Virus record (IMG/VR): IMGVR_UViG_3300027833_000013
Location: 1-64,000 of that record
Strand: one strand, 5' to 3'
Source of the DNA: a virus
DNA: 64,000 nucleotides
Below are positions 29,101 through 37,732 of this stretch, one piece after another. Made by a program: the position numbers and the translations under genes. The stretch's first letter is position 1, and the number at the start of each line of letters is the position of its first letter. The notes under the pieces are model-generated. The model had not been told where the DNA came from, did no database searches, and was given only the letters and a program-made list of their open reading frames with translations.

Positions 29101-32100
29101 GGTTACTACCTGTTATTGTATATGTTCCTACACTACTGTCAGCAAGGGTTCCGTCTCTTAAAATATTAAATGTAGCACCATTACCTGCAAGCGAAGCATT
29201 TTGTATTACAATGTTTGTGAATGACGCTGTACCGGACGTACCAGTACCAGAAGCTGATACTGCTGTAATGGCACCAGTGCCGTCAACATTTGTAATAGCT
29301 ATAGTAATGTCATTTGCAGGAGTTACACCTGATACATCAGTACCAAGTATCGTAAATGTTTGGTTTTGCACATAGTTTGAGCCTGCGCCGGCAATTGTTA
29401 CAGTGTATGTTTCGCTTGCTAATGCAACGTTAAACGTAGCACCCGAGCCATTAAACACTTCGCTAGTAGTACCTGTCTGGGCGCCTGCATTGTTTGCTGA
29501 GCCCGAAACAGTGGCACTAGTAATTGATCCGGAACCGTCAACTCCCGTAATAGTTATAGTAGCATTGTTTGCAGGGGATGCACCACCTACTAGTGTTCCT
29601 GCAATTGTTAATGTTTCTGCATCTATATAACCTGTACCTACGTTGTTTAGTATAACAGAATATACTGCACCAGTACGTGTTACATCAAATGTTGCGTCGG
29701 TGCCAGTGCCGCCTGTAGTTGCTACGTCAGTATAACTAGCAGTTGCATCCGGTGCTGTACCTGTTATTGATGTGCCTGTTATAAATCCGCCAGTGCCAAT
29801 TGCAGAAACTAATATAATCATATCATTGGTGCCATTACTACCGTTTGTAAACTGGCTACCTGGTACTTTTAATCTGTCATTTACAACGTATCCACTTGTC
29901 CCTCTAAGGGCTGTACCGACTGCACTAAAAGTTAACAGTGGGCCTGCAGTTAGTGTTGAGTCATTATCAACATCTGTAATAGTTAGTACTAAATCATTAG
30001 TTGGAGATGTTCCGCCTAATGTAGTACCCTGTATTGTTATTGTTTGGTTAGGAGCATAATCGTCGCCTGCGGCATCTAGTGTAACAGTATATGCGGCACC
30101 GTTAACAGCAATGTCAAATGTTGCGCCTGTGCCTACTAATGTTTGTGCAGTACCGATGTTATTATATGTTGCCGAGTTAACTGCTGTACCAGCAGTTGAA
30201 AGTGTAAGTATTTCGCCGCCAGTGTCAACAGTGTTGACAGTTATTGTTAGATCGTTAGCTGGAGATGTTCCGCCTAGTACTGCACCCGAAACTGTAATTG
30301 TCTCGTTTTCCGCATATCCCGAACCTATTTGACTTATTGTTGCACTGTATGTTGATCCGTTAATTTGTATGTTAAATGCCGCTCCGACACCAGAACTACC
30401 AGTTGTAAACGCTGGTTGGATTACGGTTGACGTTGAGTTCGCACCAGAACCAGTAACACTAAATCCTGTTGGAAATCCTACTGAACTAACAGTTGTAATT
30501 GTTATTTGTGCATCATTGGCAGGTGATGTACCGTTAAGACTAGTGCCAGGAATTTTTATTATATCGTAAGGAGCATATCCTGTTACACCTGATTCATTAT
30601 CGTCGATAGCAACGCTATACGAATTGTTCAACATTGAAATATTCCAAAGTGCTCCAACGCCGGCGCCGCCGCTTGTAGTTCCGCTTTGGTCTAAATATTC
30701 AGGCTCTACTAATGTTGCACTATATGCATTGCCGGCATAAGTCACGTCCCAAATACCGCCTACACCGTTACCATGATTTAATGTAGCATTAGGCGCACTA
30801 AACGATCCAGTACCATTAAATGCGATACCCGAAGGAGTAATTGCTAATACTTCTCCACTTGTATCAATATTGTCAACAGTAAAGGATGCATCGTTTGTTG
30901 GACTTTGTCCACCTAATACATCGCCAGCTACAAATAATTGGTCGCCTACTGAATAATCGTTACCTGATAGAACAATATTGTCTACTGTATAAACGCCGCT
31001 TGCTCTACTAATATTTAATATTAATCCATTACCTAAAGACACAATATTAGTAACAGTAACATCTGTATAGTTTACTAAGTTACCTTTAATTTCTGCTGTG
31101 GTTTGATCGTTAAATGTAATAGTATTACCTAAAACACTATTAACAATCATTCCTTGGCCGTCACCTCTATCTGCGGCTTGTCCTGCAAGAACCCCAGTTG
31201 GTGATTGTACTACAATTTGAGTTGAACCAATTGTAGTATCAGCTGTCATTACCGGTGTTACTATAACACCACCGGCTCCAACTTTACCAGTTACCTGTGC
31301 GCCGGTTGTAATTCCTGTACCTGACATAGGAGAACCAATTTCTGGTGCCGCCCCTACAGTTACAATAAACGGAATTACATCTTCGCCTACTGGTACAGTA
31401 AGTGCTGGTTGAATAGTACCACTACTACCGTTACTTTGCACAACCACACTAGGTGATTCACCAATTGACGATCCTGTATAAAATCCTGCTTGTCTTAATT
31501 GTGTTGATTCGACTTGGATATCAATTGTTCCGCCATCGCCAACTTTTGCCTTAGCATAATATGTAAACGTAGTTTGTGAAGGAACTTCTGTAATAATAAA
31601 TGCACCCTCAGCTCTTGCAACACCAACAATACCTTGATTCAATCCCTTAACAGTTACCGCATCACCGTCTACTAATCCGTGTGCACCAACTGTAGTAATA
31701 GTAATAAGTGAAGCACCAACTCCGCCAGTTCCTGCTGAACTATCTGTTCTTACTAAAGATACATCAGTTTCTGTTCCTGGAATTTCGTATACTGATGGAT
31801 ACCCGCGCATTGTAGCAATAGCACTCCATTTAGTAGGTTGTAATCCGTACTCAAAGTCAGCATCTAACATACTAACCGGAGGAGCAATACGCATACGTTC
31901 AATAGCGTCTGTGCCAAATTCATATGGCCTTACTATAAGTTCGTCTGTGTCAACAAATATTTGTAATTCATCTGTACTTAATGATGTTGCAGTAGTATAA
32001 TTTAATTTAACTGTAGTAACTGCGTCAGTTACTTGTAGGTATTTTCTAAAGTCTTCGTCTGCATAAAACTGTTCGCCGGAAGTTCCTACATAACCTCTAT

Positions 32101-33622
32101 CCTGTGTAGTAACACCGCCTTTAAGTACTTCATTGAATGTGTATATTACTTCATTGTCAGTTGTGTTAGTAATTAATAATATGTCTGCACTATCATAGTT
32201 TCCAATAAATTTAACATATCCTGCGCCAGTATCTTCAAACGTCGGTAATGCTGTTAATCCTGTTGTAATTACGTTAACAATAACAGAAACTAATGTGTCA
32301 ATCCTAGCAGTCGCAGTTACACCTTCGTATACTATTGTAGTATCTGTAACTTGATCAACAAGTCCTAATTTAGGCCAAATAACTTCTGGCATAATATAAT
32401 CAGTAATTAAATCACCGATGTGTGCATGTGTATCAATTTCTGGTACTCTGTTACCGTCTACTTGAGCAGTTTCTCCGTCCCAGTACTTTTTAGCATACTT
32501 ACTAGTTACACTGTTTCCGCCATATCTTAAATCATTTAAATATCCAGTTAAGATATAACCTAAATCTCTTTCACATTTAGCTTGGTTGTATGTGTATGTT
32601 AATGGCCAACAAACATCAAGCACAATTTGAGCCTTTGCTGTATCAATTGCTGCCTTGGCAGTTTGTATTGATGTAGACGCCCACGTAAGTCCTGGCACTG
32701 TTCTAGTTAATGCATCTAACGAACTAGTTCCACTTTCTACAACATCTGCCACAATATCAATTAATTCGGAACATAAAATTCCTGTAGCACTGTCTGCATT
32801 TGTTCCTGATGTTACTTGAACTTCTGTATTTCCAGAACTTACAGTAACCGTTTCACCTTTAACTACTTTATCAATAACTGTTTGTAAATGTCTATATGCC
32901 GCAACAGTTTGTGCTTGATGTTCAGCTGTAATACCTGTGTTGCCACTTGCCGCATAATTATTAAAGAATTTAGCACTATCATAGCTTGCACTATTTCCGC
33001 CATATAAGATATCGTACGTTGCGGCATATAATGCATATTTTGTATCTCTAGTACACTTAGCAATATCATGATTGTGTGCTGGATAAGTTACGTCAACCCA
33101 TGCATTAACTTCGGCTGCCATAAAGTCTAAGTTTGCAAGTATTTTACTTTTAGCGGCAATGACATCAGCAGTAGCATCTGACGGATTTGTGTAAGTTGGT
33201 GCATTAGCATTAGCTCTTCCATTTTGTGCAATGTCGTCAACCTCAACAAAGAATGCATTTGATCTTGAAACAGCATCAGCATCGGCTACTACTTGAGTAA
33301 GTGCGGCAACTGCTAATTTAGCTCTAGCAATTGTTCTGTACACAGTTGGAGATAAATCTAAACTGTTAACTTCTGCAAGTCCTAAAAAGTATGCGTTATA
33401 CGTTGACTCTAGTCCGACATCCCAAGCAACTCCGTCAATCATATATCCTATATCACGGTGACATTTTGTTGCATCTATAACTTCTTTATTAATATAAGCA
33501 ATACTTTCTGCAAGTAAAAAAGCTCTATTTGCTTTAAGTAATGAGTATGCATTAGGGAAAAGGTTTTCCGCATATCCCATTCCAGGTTTAAATTTGTAAT
33601 TATTAATTCTCTTCTTTGCCAC
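26189..33622 (-). CDS. Giant virion structural/fibre protein (2477 aa)
   Basis: GTG start. Three N-terminal helical CxRD repeats, DADFEYGLQPTKW domain, and many Gly/Thr-rich G.GATF.+...G..Y..+....G..Y...+.+T+.G..+GG.SP.ND repeats. Confidence 0.8.
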   Translation of the reverse strand: MAKKRINNYKFKPGMGYAENLFPNAYSLLKANRAFLLAESIAYINKEVIDATKCHRDIGYMIDGVAWDVGLESTYNAYFLGLAEVNSLDLSPTVYRTIARAKLAVAALTQVVADADAVSRSNAFFVEVDDIAQNGRANANAPTYTNPSDATADVIAAKSKILANLDFMAAEVNAWVDVTYPAHNHDIAKCTRDTKYALYAATYDILYGGNSASYDSAKFFNNYAASGNTGITAEHQAQTVAAYRHLQTVIDKVVKGETVTVSSGNTEVQVTSGTNADSATGILCSELIDIVADVVESGTSSLDALTRTVPGLTWASTSIQTAKAAIDTAKAQIVLDVCWPLTYTYNQAKCERDLGYILTGYLNDLRYGGNSVTSKYAKKYWDGETAQVDGNRVPEIDTHAHIGDLITDYIMPEVIWPKLGLVDQVTDTTIVYEGVTATARIDTLVSVIVNVITTGLTALPTFEDTGAGYVKFIGNYDSADILLITNTTDNEVIYTFNEVLKGGVTTQDRGYVGTSGEQFYADEDFRKYLQVTDAVTTVKLNYTTATSLSTDELQIFVDTDELIVRPYEFGTDAIERMRIAPPVSMLDADFEYGLQPTKWSAIATMRGYPSVYEIPGTETDVSLVRTDSSAGTGGVGASLITITTVGAHGLVDGDAVTVKGLNQGIVGVARAEGAFIITEVPSQTTFTYYAKAKVGDGGTIDIQVESTQLRQAGFYTGSSIGESPSVVVQSNGSSGTIQPALTVPVGEDVIPFIVTVGAAPEIGSPMSGTGITTGAQVTGKVGAGGVIVTPVMTADTTIGSTQIVVQSPTGVLAGQAADRGDGQGMIVNSVLGNTITFNDQTTAEIKGNLVNYTDVTVTNIVSLGNGLILNISRASGVYTVDNIVLSGNDYSVGDQLFVAGDVLGGQSPTNDASFTVDNIDTSGEVLAITPSGIAFNGTGSFSAPNATLNHGNGVGGIWDVTYAGNAYSATLVEPEYLDQSGTTSGGAGVGALWNISMLNNSYSVAIDDNESGVTGYAPYDIIKIPGTSLNGTSPANDAQITITTVSSVGFPTGFSVTGSGANSTSTVIQPAFTTGSSGVGAAFNIQINGSTYSATISQIGSGYAENETITVSGAVLGGTSPANDLTITVNTVDTGGEILTLSTAGTAVNSATYNNIGTAQTLVGTGATFDIAVNGAAYTVTLDAAGDDYAPNQTITIQGTTLGGTSPTNDLVLTITDVDNDSTLTAGPLLTFSAVGTALRGTSGYVVNDRLKVPGSQFTNGSNGTNDMIILVSAIGTGGFITGTSITGTAPDATASYTDVATTGGTGTDATFDVTRTGAVYSVILNNVGTGYIDAETLTIAGTLVGGASPANNATITITGVDGSGSITSATVSGSANNAGAQTGTTSEVFNGSGATFNVALASETYTVTIAGAGSNYVQNQTFTILGTDVSGVTPANDITIAITNVDGTGAITAVSASGTGTSGTASFTNIVIQNASLAGNGATFNILRDGTLADSSVGTYTITGSNPGSGYAVGNRLLIGGGSLGGSPSTHDVEIQVASIDSAGAIVTYTAIGDAYAGDDLALYSTVTIDAAVTAELALLANITFEALATMRITFSSPHGLVPGDTFITTVSSDDNSNNHNLAAGSFLAVAIPTKTTLDYTARAVGAIVTDATNIVNATVYPRPDSFFIHRPYDGGVQLGTGGPQHGAQAIRQSKKYIRYQSGKGIMYTTGALFAPSYDLRSITSSGLETGSTITVTCDDNDHGLQIGAGIKIVGVDTAGYNSTYIVNDIIDERTFEITANLRLGNTTGSLSFNCQVSTDTWHGATVRSGVFDDQNGIYWEYDGTNLLVNQRTSTKQVAGTATIAPDTNVLTGTNTRFQDQLKTGDRIVIRGMTHVVAHVNSQTEVNVTPDYRGVNTAQGAKVCLVSDKKVRQSDFNLDRMDGTGPSGYEIDTSKMQMIGIEYSWYGAGFIDFMVRGADGNFVYAHRMRNSNINTEAFMRSGNLPVRYEITNEGAMGRLQNAVLSSDTTLTLDDVDFFPDAGTLYIDNELITYTGRDETANTLTGCSRGASLTNFQAGASRTYTAGVADGHNAKVGVVLVSNTTTPLISHWGSAFITDGGFDEDRGYIFSYAEQGITVSTTKQTAFMIRLAPSVSNAIVGDLGDRELLNRAQLLLTGLEITSETSTGGIVVEGVLNPQNYPTNPSLVNWTGLSGLAQGGQPSFAQIASGAGITWSTGAAATETTITALNPINAVLDSGQYNSGNNSQYLYVSAVDFRATFGTYETESVIGVPITGSNIRSNTTVSDAYMNQTGNYGYFRLSRRLSGSVSANTSNHMTLTKGGTVSNTNSVFVSAASWEASGGANGTAISGNTTSPEFPSGTLVNNIAIQNFAGTSFYELTFNNAMIGSFPASSGTIILQFVQPPFAQPGETVLSFISTPNERASLDLTSLKELTNTTLGGRGTFPNGPDVLAINIYKTTGSDVVGNIILRWGEAQA

Positions 33623-33625
33623 GTT

Positions 33626-34585
33626 CTAAATTCCTAATGCAATTGCAAGTGCCGTTGCTGTTGAGTCTACGTACTTCTTATTACTTATGTCAGTTGAAGC
33701 AGTAGCATCCTTAGTCACGGTAGCCGCAGTAAATGCCGCTGTTGAAGGAGATGTTGCTCCTATCGTAGTTTTGTTAATAGTAGTATCTGTTACCGGAACA
33801 GTAGATCCTAATGTTGTAATAATGCCACTTTGGCTTCCTCCTACAACAATTTCAATTTTATTTCCTGCGTCTAAAACAATGTTTGTTCCAGCAGTAAATG
33901 ATGCTACGCCTAATCCGTTTGCATTAATGCCAGTTGCAGTTAGTGTACCGCCTACAAACATATCTTTAGTAACACTTGCGCCGCCTGCAACTGTTAGCGC
34001 ACCTTCGCCTATTTTAGTTGAATTAGCAGTTGATGTTACTGCTAATGTTAATAAGCCTGATGCTCCAGTAACTACTAAGTCGCTAAAACTACCTGTGCCT
34101 GTTACTATTGGATCAACTACTGTAATAGTGCCCTTTGGTGTACCGTCTGCATCACCATAATATAATGTTGCAGGTGCATCGGCAGCAACTGAAATAACAA
34201 CTTTACCTGAAGTTTTACCTTGGGCCGCAAATCCTTGTGATATTATATTGTCTGTTGCAGTATGTGCTATACCTGTGTTGTAAAGTGTCGAACCGTCTGT
34301 ATTAATTAAATTAAATGTAATAGTTGATAGTGCAAGTGTAAAAGAGTATGATGTGCCTCTAGTAAATTCTATAGACGGATTATTAGATGCAGGAACAGTA
34401 AAATCGTCACTTGCTAATCTAAAATTAGAACTTACTTCTGTTACAGAGTAATCACCTGCACTGCTAGAAGTGCTTCCGCCAACATACTGTAACGAAGTAA
34501 CAACGACATTACCTGTTTCATCGACAGTAAATCCCGGACTCTTAAATCCATGATCTGATTCAAATTGACGGTATTCTATAGCCAC
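33626..34585 (-). CDS. Virion structural/fibre-associated protein
   Basis: Thr/Gly-rich; GAL.VAGG fibre motif; C-terminal KKYVD..A.ALAIALG; probable GTG start at 34585 after GGAG. Confidence 0.7.
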   Translation of the reverse strand: MAIEYRQFESDHGFKSPGFTVDETGNVVVTSLQYVGGSTSSSAGDYSVTEVSSNFRLASDDFTVPASNNPSIEFTRGTSYSFTLALSTITFNLINTDGSTLYNTGIAHTATDNIISQGFAAQGKTSGKVVISVAADAPATLYYGDADGTPKGTITVVDPIVTGTGSFSDLVVTGASGLLTLAVTSTANSTKIGEGALTVAGGASVTKDMFVGGTLTATGINANGLGVASFTAGTNIVLDAGNKIEIVVGGSQSGIITTLGSTVPVTDTTINKTTIGATSPSTAAFTAATVTKDATASTDISNKKYVDSTATALAIALGI

Positions 34586-34606
34586 TCGACACACTCCAAT
34601 ATAATG

Positions 34607-34614
34607 TATTTATC
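34607..34614 (-). promoter_or_regulatory. Late promoter GATAAATA
   Basis: Intergenic motif. Confidence 0.7.
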
Positions 34615-34624
34615 CACTTTTGTA

Positions 34625-35014
34625 TTACGTATGGCTACGGAAATATGTTGCAGAAAAATATGCCTTTGCTCCTTTATCTGCAGGAGTTTTAGGGTTAAGA
34701 ATTAGTTCAACGTAAGAATTTGTTACAGAAGCAGTAATTGTAACTAAGTCACGTGTTGTGCTTGCCCTTCCGTATACTACCACCGACGCACTATTTGGCG
34801 ATGCTGTTAGTAATACCTTAATTACTTCTTTAATATCTTTACCTAGTTCAACGTTAAGTGTATATTCGGCAGAAGAAAAATCGCCCATGTGCCAACGATC
34901 GATTGCTAGATCTTGTTGAACGTTTTGCCACAATCCTTCATAAGAGAAGTGCGTACTACCTTTTAACAAGATAGTATTTCGCAGGCCTTTTTTTAGAAAC
35001 TTAGTTAAATCCAT
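34625..35014 (-). CDS. Hypothetical protein, probably structural
   Basis: 129 aa with its own late promoter and AGGA RBS. Confidence 0.6.
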   Translation of the reverse strand: MDLTKFLKKGLRNTILLKGSTHFSYEGLWQNVQQDLAIDRWHMGDFSSAEYTLNVELGKDIKEVIKVLLTASPNSASVVVYGRASTTRDLVTITASVTNSYVELILNPKTPADKGAKAYFSATYFRSHT

Positions 35015-35038
35015 TATAGTATCCTAATGTCTATAATG

Positions 35039-35046
35039 TATTTATC
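35039..35046 (-). promoter_or_regulatory. Late promoter GATAAATA
   Basis: Intergenic motif. Confidence 0.7.
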
Positions 35047-35050
35047 GACA

Positions 35051-36862
35051 TTAAGTATTGACAACCGTTACAAGTTTTCCAAATTCAGGCAAATATAAAT
35101 ATTCGATTTCGCTTTGCTGTAGTGTCCAAATAGCATCTTCAAGTGTTTCAACTAAAGGTTCACCGCCTAAGTTAAAGCTAGTATTAAAGATAATTGGACA
35201 TCCTGTCTTTTCTTTGAATGCTTTAATTAATGCGTAGTACAAAGGATTTTGTTCTTCAGTAACGGTTTGAATACGGCAAGTTCCGTCTACGTGAATAATA
35301 CTTGGAATCTTTTCTGCAATACCAGGCTGGCAATTTACAGCATACATCATATGTGGACTATTTTCCATGCCGCGTAAATCAAACCATTCATGTACGTCTT
35401 CTTCTAAGATACTACCAGCAAATGGACGAAAGTATTCACGATGCTTAACTTCGTTAACAAAGTCTTTTCCATCTTCAAATGTAGGATCAAATAGTACACT
35501 TCTGTTGCCTAACGCACGTGGTCCGTTTTCACTCTTGCCTTGGAACAAGGTAACAATCTTTTTCTGTGTTAGTAATTCTACTATATCAGAGTCAGATGCA
35601 TCAGTAATAGTAACACCGCTAACATTTGTTTTAGTAACAATGTCGTCTAGTGTATAATTATTGTCAGGTCCTAAGTATAATGACTGTGTTTGCTTAACTT
35701 TAGAATCTTCTTCTAACCCGTACCAAAACATCATTGCCGCACCCATTGCTGTGCCGGCATCATTTGATACTGGTTCAACATATATCTCAATTCCGTCGTC
35801 TTTAAGGGCGTCTAAATAATGATAGTTAGCAACACAGTTTAATCCGTAGCCACCACTAATAACTACTTTTTTCTTACCAGTTTCGTTTACAGCATGTCTT
35901 ATTAGTTGAACAACTTGGTCTTGTGTTTCGATTTGACATGCATATGCCATATCCCGTCTGCTTTCTAAATGTGTTAAGTCTTCATCTTGTTTTTCCATTT
36001 GATTAACTTCATTTAAAAATTGGTAAATTCCACTATTTACTATAGCACCATTAGGATAATTAGGGACAATAACATTTCTGTTTGACAACGGGTAAATTGA
36101 TTCACTATCAAACAATTTAGGGATTGCATCATTTGGTTTACCATATGGAAATAATCCCATAGTCTTGCCTGCTTCAATGCCGCTCCATCCACAGTATTGT
36201 GTTACTGCTTCGTACACTTTAACAATACCTGCTCTATCACTTACGATAGCAGTATGCGTTTGGCCGTTTTCACCAAACATATCTGATGGCATTGTTGTGC
36301 CTCCGCCTGGGATTGGTTCTCTAGTACCGTATACTTTAAACTTGGTACTAAAATCTGCAGGATAATCACAGTCAATAATACTCTCAACTTCCCAACTCAT
36401 TATTTGTTCGTTGTTTATAGCTAATGGTATGAACGTACCTGCGCCATCAACAATTACACTTACTGCGCTATCAAATCCGCTTCTATAAAATGCACATGCA
36501 CTATGGAGTTTGTGATGCATAAATGCTAAGTCAACAACTTGTGGATGATCATAAGATGTTGTGTTTGCTTTTTGATCAATTAGGCCTAATTTACGTGCTA
36601 AGCCGGTATACATATCATCGCCACTGTAATCAATTTTGCCGGCAGTTTCTTTTAACGGTTGTGTATGTGCAATTACAAGATAGTCAATTTTATCAGTATA
36701 ATCTAAAATCTTAACCATACTTGCAAATGGCCCGCCGTCGTACTTTTGCCTAGACAGTCTTTCTTCTTCTACTGAAAATACAACTTCTCCATCTTTAAGT
36801 AAACATACTCCGGAGTTATGTCCTCTTGCAATTGCCGCAATCCAAATTGGTTTAGTGCTCAT
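35051..36862 (-). CDS. O-carbamoyltransferase, NodU/CmcH/TobZ family
   Basis: H+S..., EEERLSR.K, HH..H...AFY.S, +DG.G, GKTMGL..YG, SGG..LNCVAN, DAG.A+GAA, E.GPRALGNRS, K.RE.FRPFA, HVDGT.RIQTV, NTSFNL.GEP. Confidence 0.93.
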   Translation of the reverse strand: MSTKPIWIAAIARGHNSGVCLLKDGEVVFSVEEERLSRQKYDGGPFASMVKILDYTDKIDYLVIAHTQPLKETAGKIDYSGDDMYTGLARKLGLIDQKANTTSYDHPQVVDLAFMHHKLHSACAFYRSGFDSAVSVIVDGAGTFIPLAINNEQIMSWEVESIIDCDYPADFSTKFKVYGTREPIPGGGTTMPSDMFGENGQTHTAIVSDRAGIVKVYEAVTQYCGWSGIEAGKTMGLFPYGKPNDAIPKLFDSESIYPLSNRNVIVPNYPNGAIVNSGIYQFLNEVNQMEKQDEDLTHLESRRDMAYACQIETQDQVVQLIRHAVNETGKKKVVISGGYGLNCVANYHYLDALKDDGIEIYVEPVSNDAGTAMGAAMMFWYGLEEDSKVKQTQSLYLGPDNNYTLDDIVTKTNVSGVTITDASDSDIVELLTQKKIVTLFQGKSENGPRALGNRSVLFDPTFEDGKDFVNEVKHREYFRPFAGSILEEDVHEWFDLRGMENSPHMMYAVNCQPGIAEKIPSIIHVDGTCRIQTVTEEQNPLYYALIKAFKEKTGCPIIFNTSFNLGGEPLVETLEDAIWTLQQSEIEYLYLPEFGKLVTVVNT

Positions 36863-37732
36863 TTAAAATCCTCTGTATTTGTTACCTTGCCATTCAGGCA
36901 AGTCTTTATAAATTGTTTCACAAAACAAATTAAAGTCTTTGTGCGTATCTTTGTACATTGTGTTAACTTTATCTATCCATTTTTTTGATATTTTACTTAA
37001 ATCCTGGCTATTATTAATCTTAGGTTTTACTTGGGTTAGTAAATATTCTGCATGTTGATCAATACTAGGATGCCTGTCAGTAATAGTCTTAAATTTATTA
37101 TTAACTCCAAGAAACTTATAATGGGGAATACTACTATTCCACGCAGTAGTGCCAACTGGTTTAATCCAGTTATTATTAGAAATTAATTCTTTGTAGATTG
37201 ATAAATTGGGCATGTCACTCCATATATTATCAGTACTGCCTACTTCGCCGTGCAAACTGTCTGGATAATCTGAATTCATTTTTTCAATTTCTCCCATACT
37301 AGTCATATACCAATTGCAATCTATACTTTTTAAAAGTCCTTGTGCTAATACAATATTGTTTAACATGTGCATAGTATAACTAGTTTCGTCCCAAAATGTC
37401 TTAATCCAGTTATCGTCATAAAGTTCGGCATTAATATAATTAAAAATACTTCCGCAAGTTTTCCAGCCAACGTTAGAACTAACGCCTCTGCGACGATCAT
37501 CAGTTGTATGATAATCATTTCTTAAATGACTAGTCCATTGAATAATTACCGTATCATTTTTTGTAATATGTTCTCTAGCATGGAGTTCAACTAAGCGTTC
37601 GCATATTGCACGATTACCTAATCCTGGATATCCCCAGTTTTCATATACTTCAAACTCTGTGCCTAACATATCAGCCCAGGTAGGCCAAGCATAATTTGTA
37701 AAACTACAACCTAATACAAAGAGTCTTGACAT
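36863..37732 (-). CDS. SGNH/GDSL-like hypothetical protein
   Basis: N-terminal LGCSFT, N.G..G.GN..I, IIQWT...R.D and C-terminal D.HP....H. Confidence 0.55.
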   Translation of the reverse strand: MSRLFVLGCSFTNYAWPTWADMLGTEFEVYENWGYPGLGNRAICERLVELHAREHITKNDTVIIQWTSHLRNDYHTTDDRRRGVSSNVGWKTCGSIFNYINAELYDDNWIKTFWDETSYTMHMLNNIVLAQGLLKSIDCNWYMTSMGEIEKMNSDYPDSLHGEVGSTDNIWSDMPNLSIYKELISNNNWIKPVGTTAWNSSIPHYKFLGVNNKFKTITDRHPSIDQHAEYLLTQVKPKINNSQDLSKISKKWIDKVNTMYKDTHKDFNLFCETIYKDLPEWQGNKYRGF

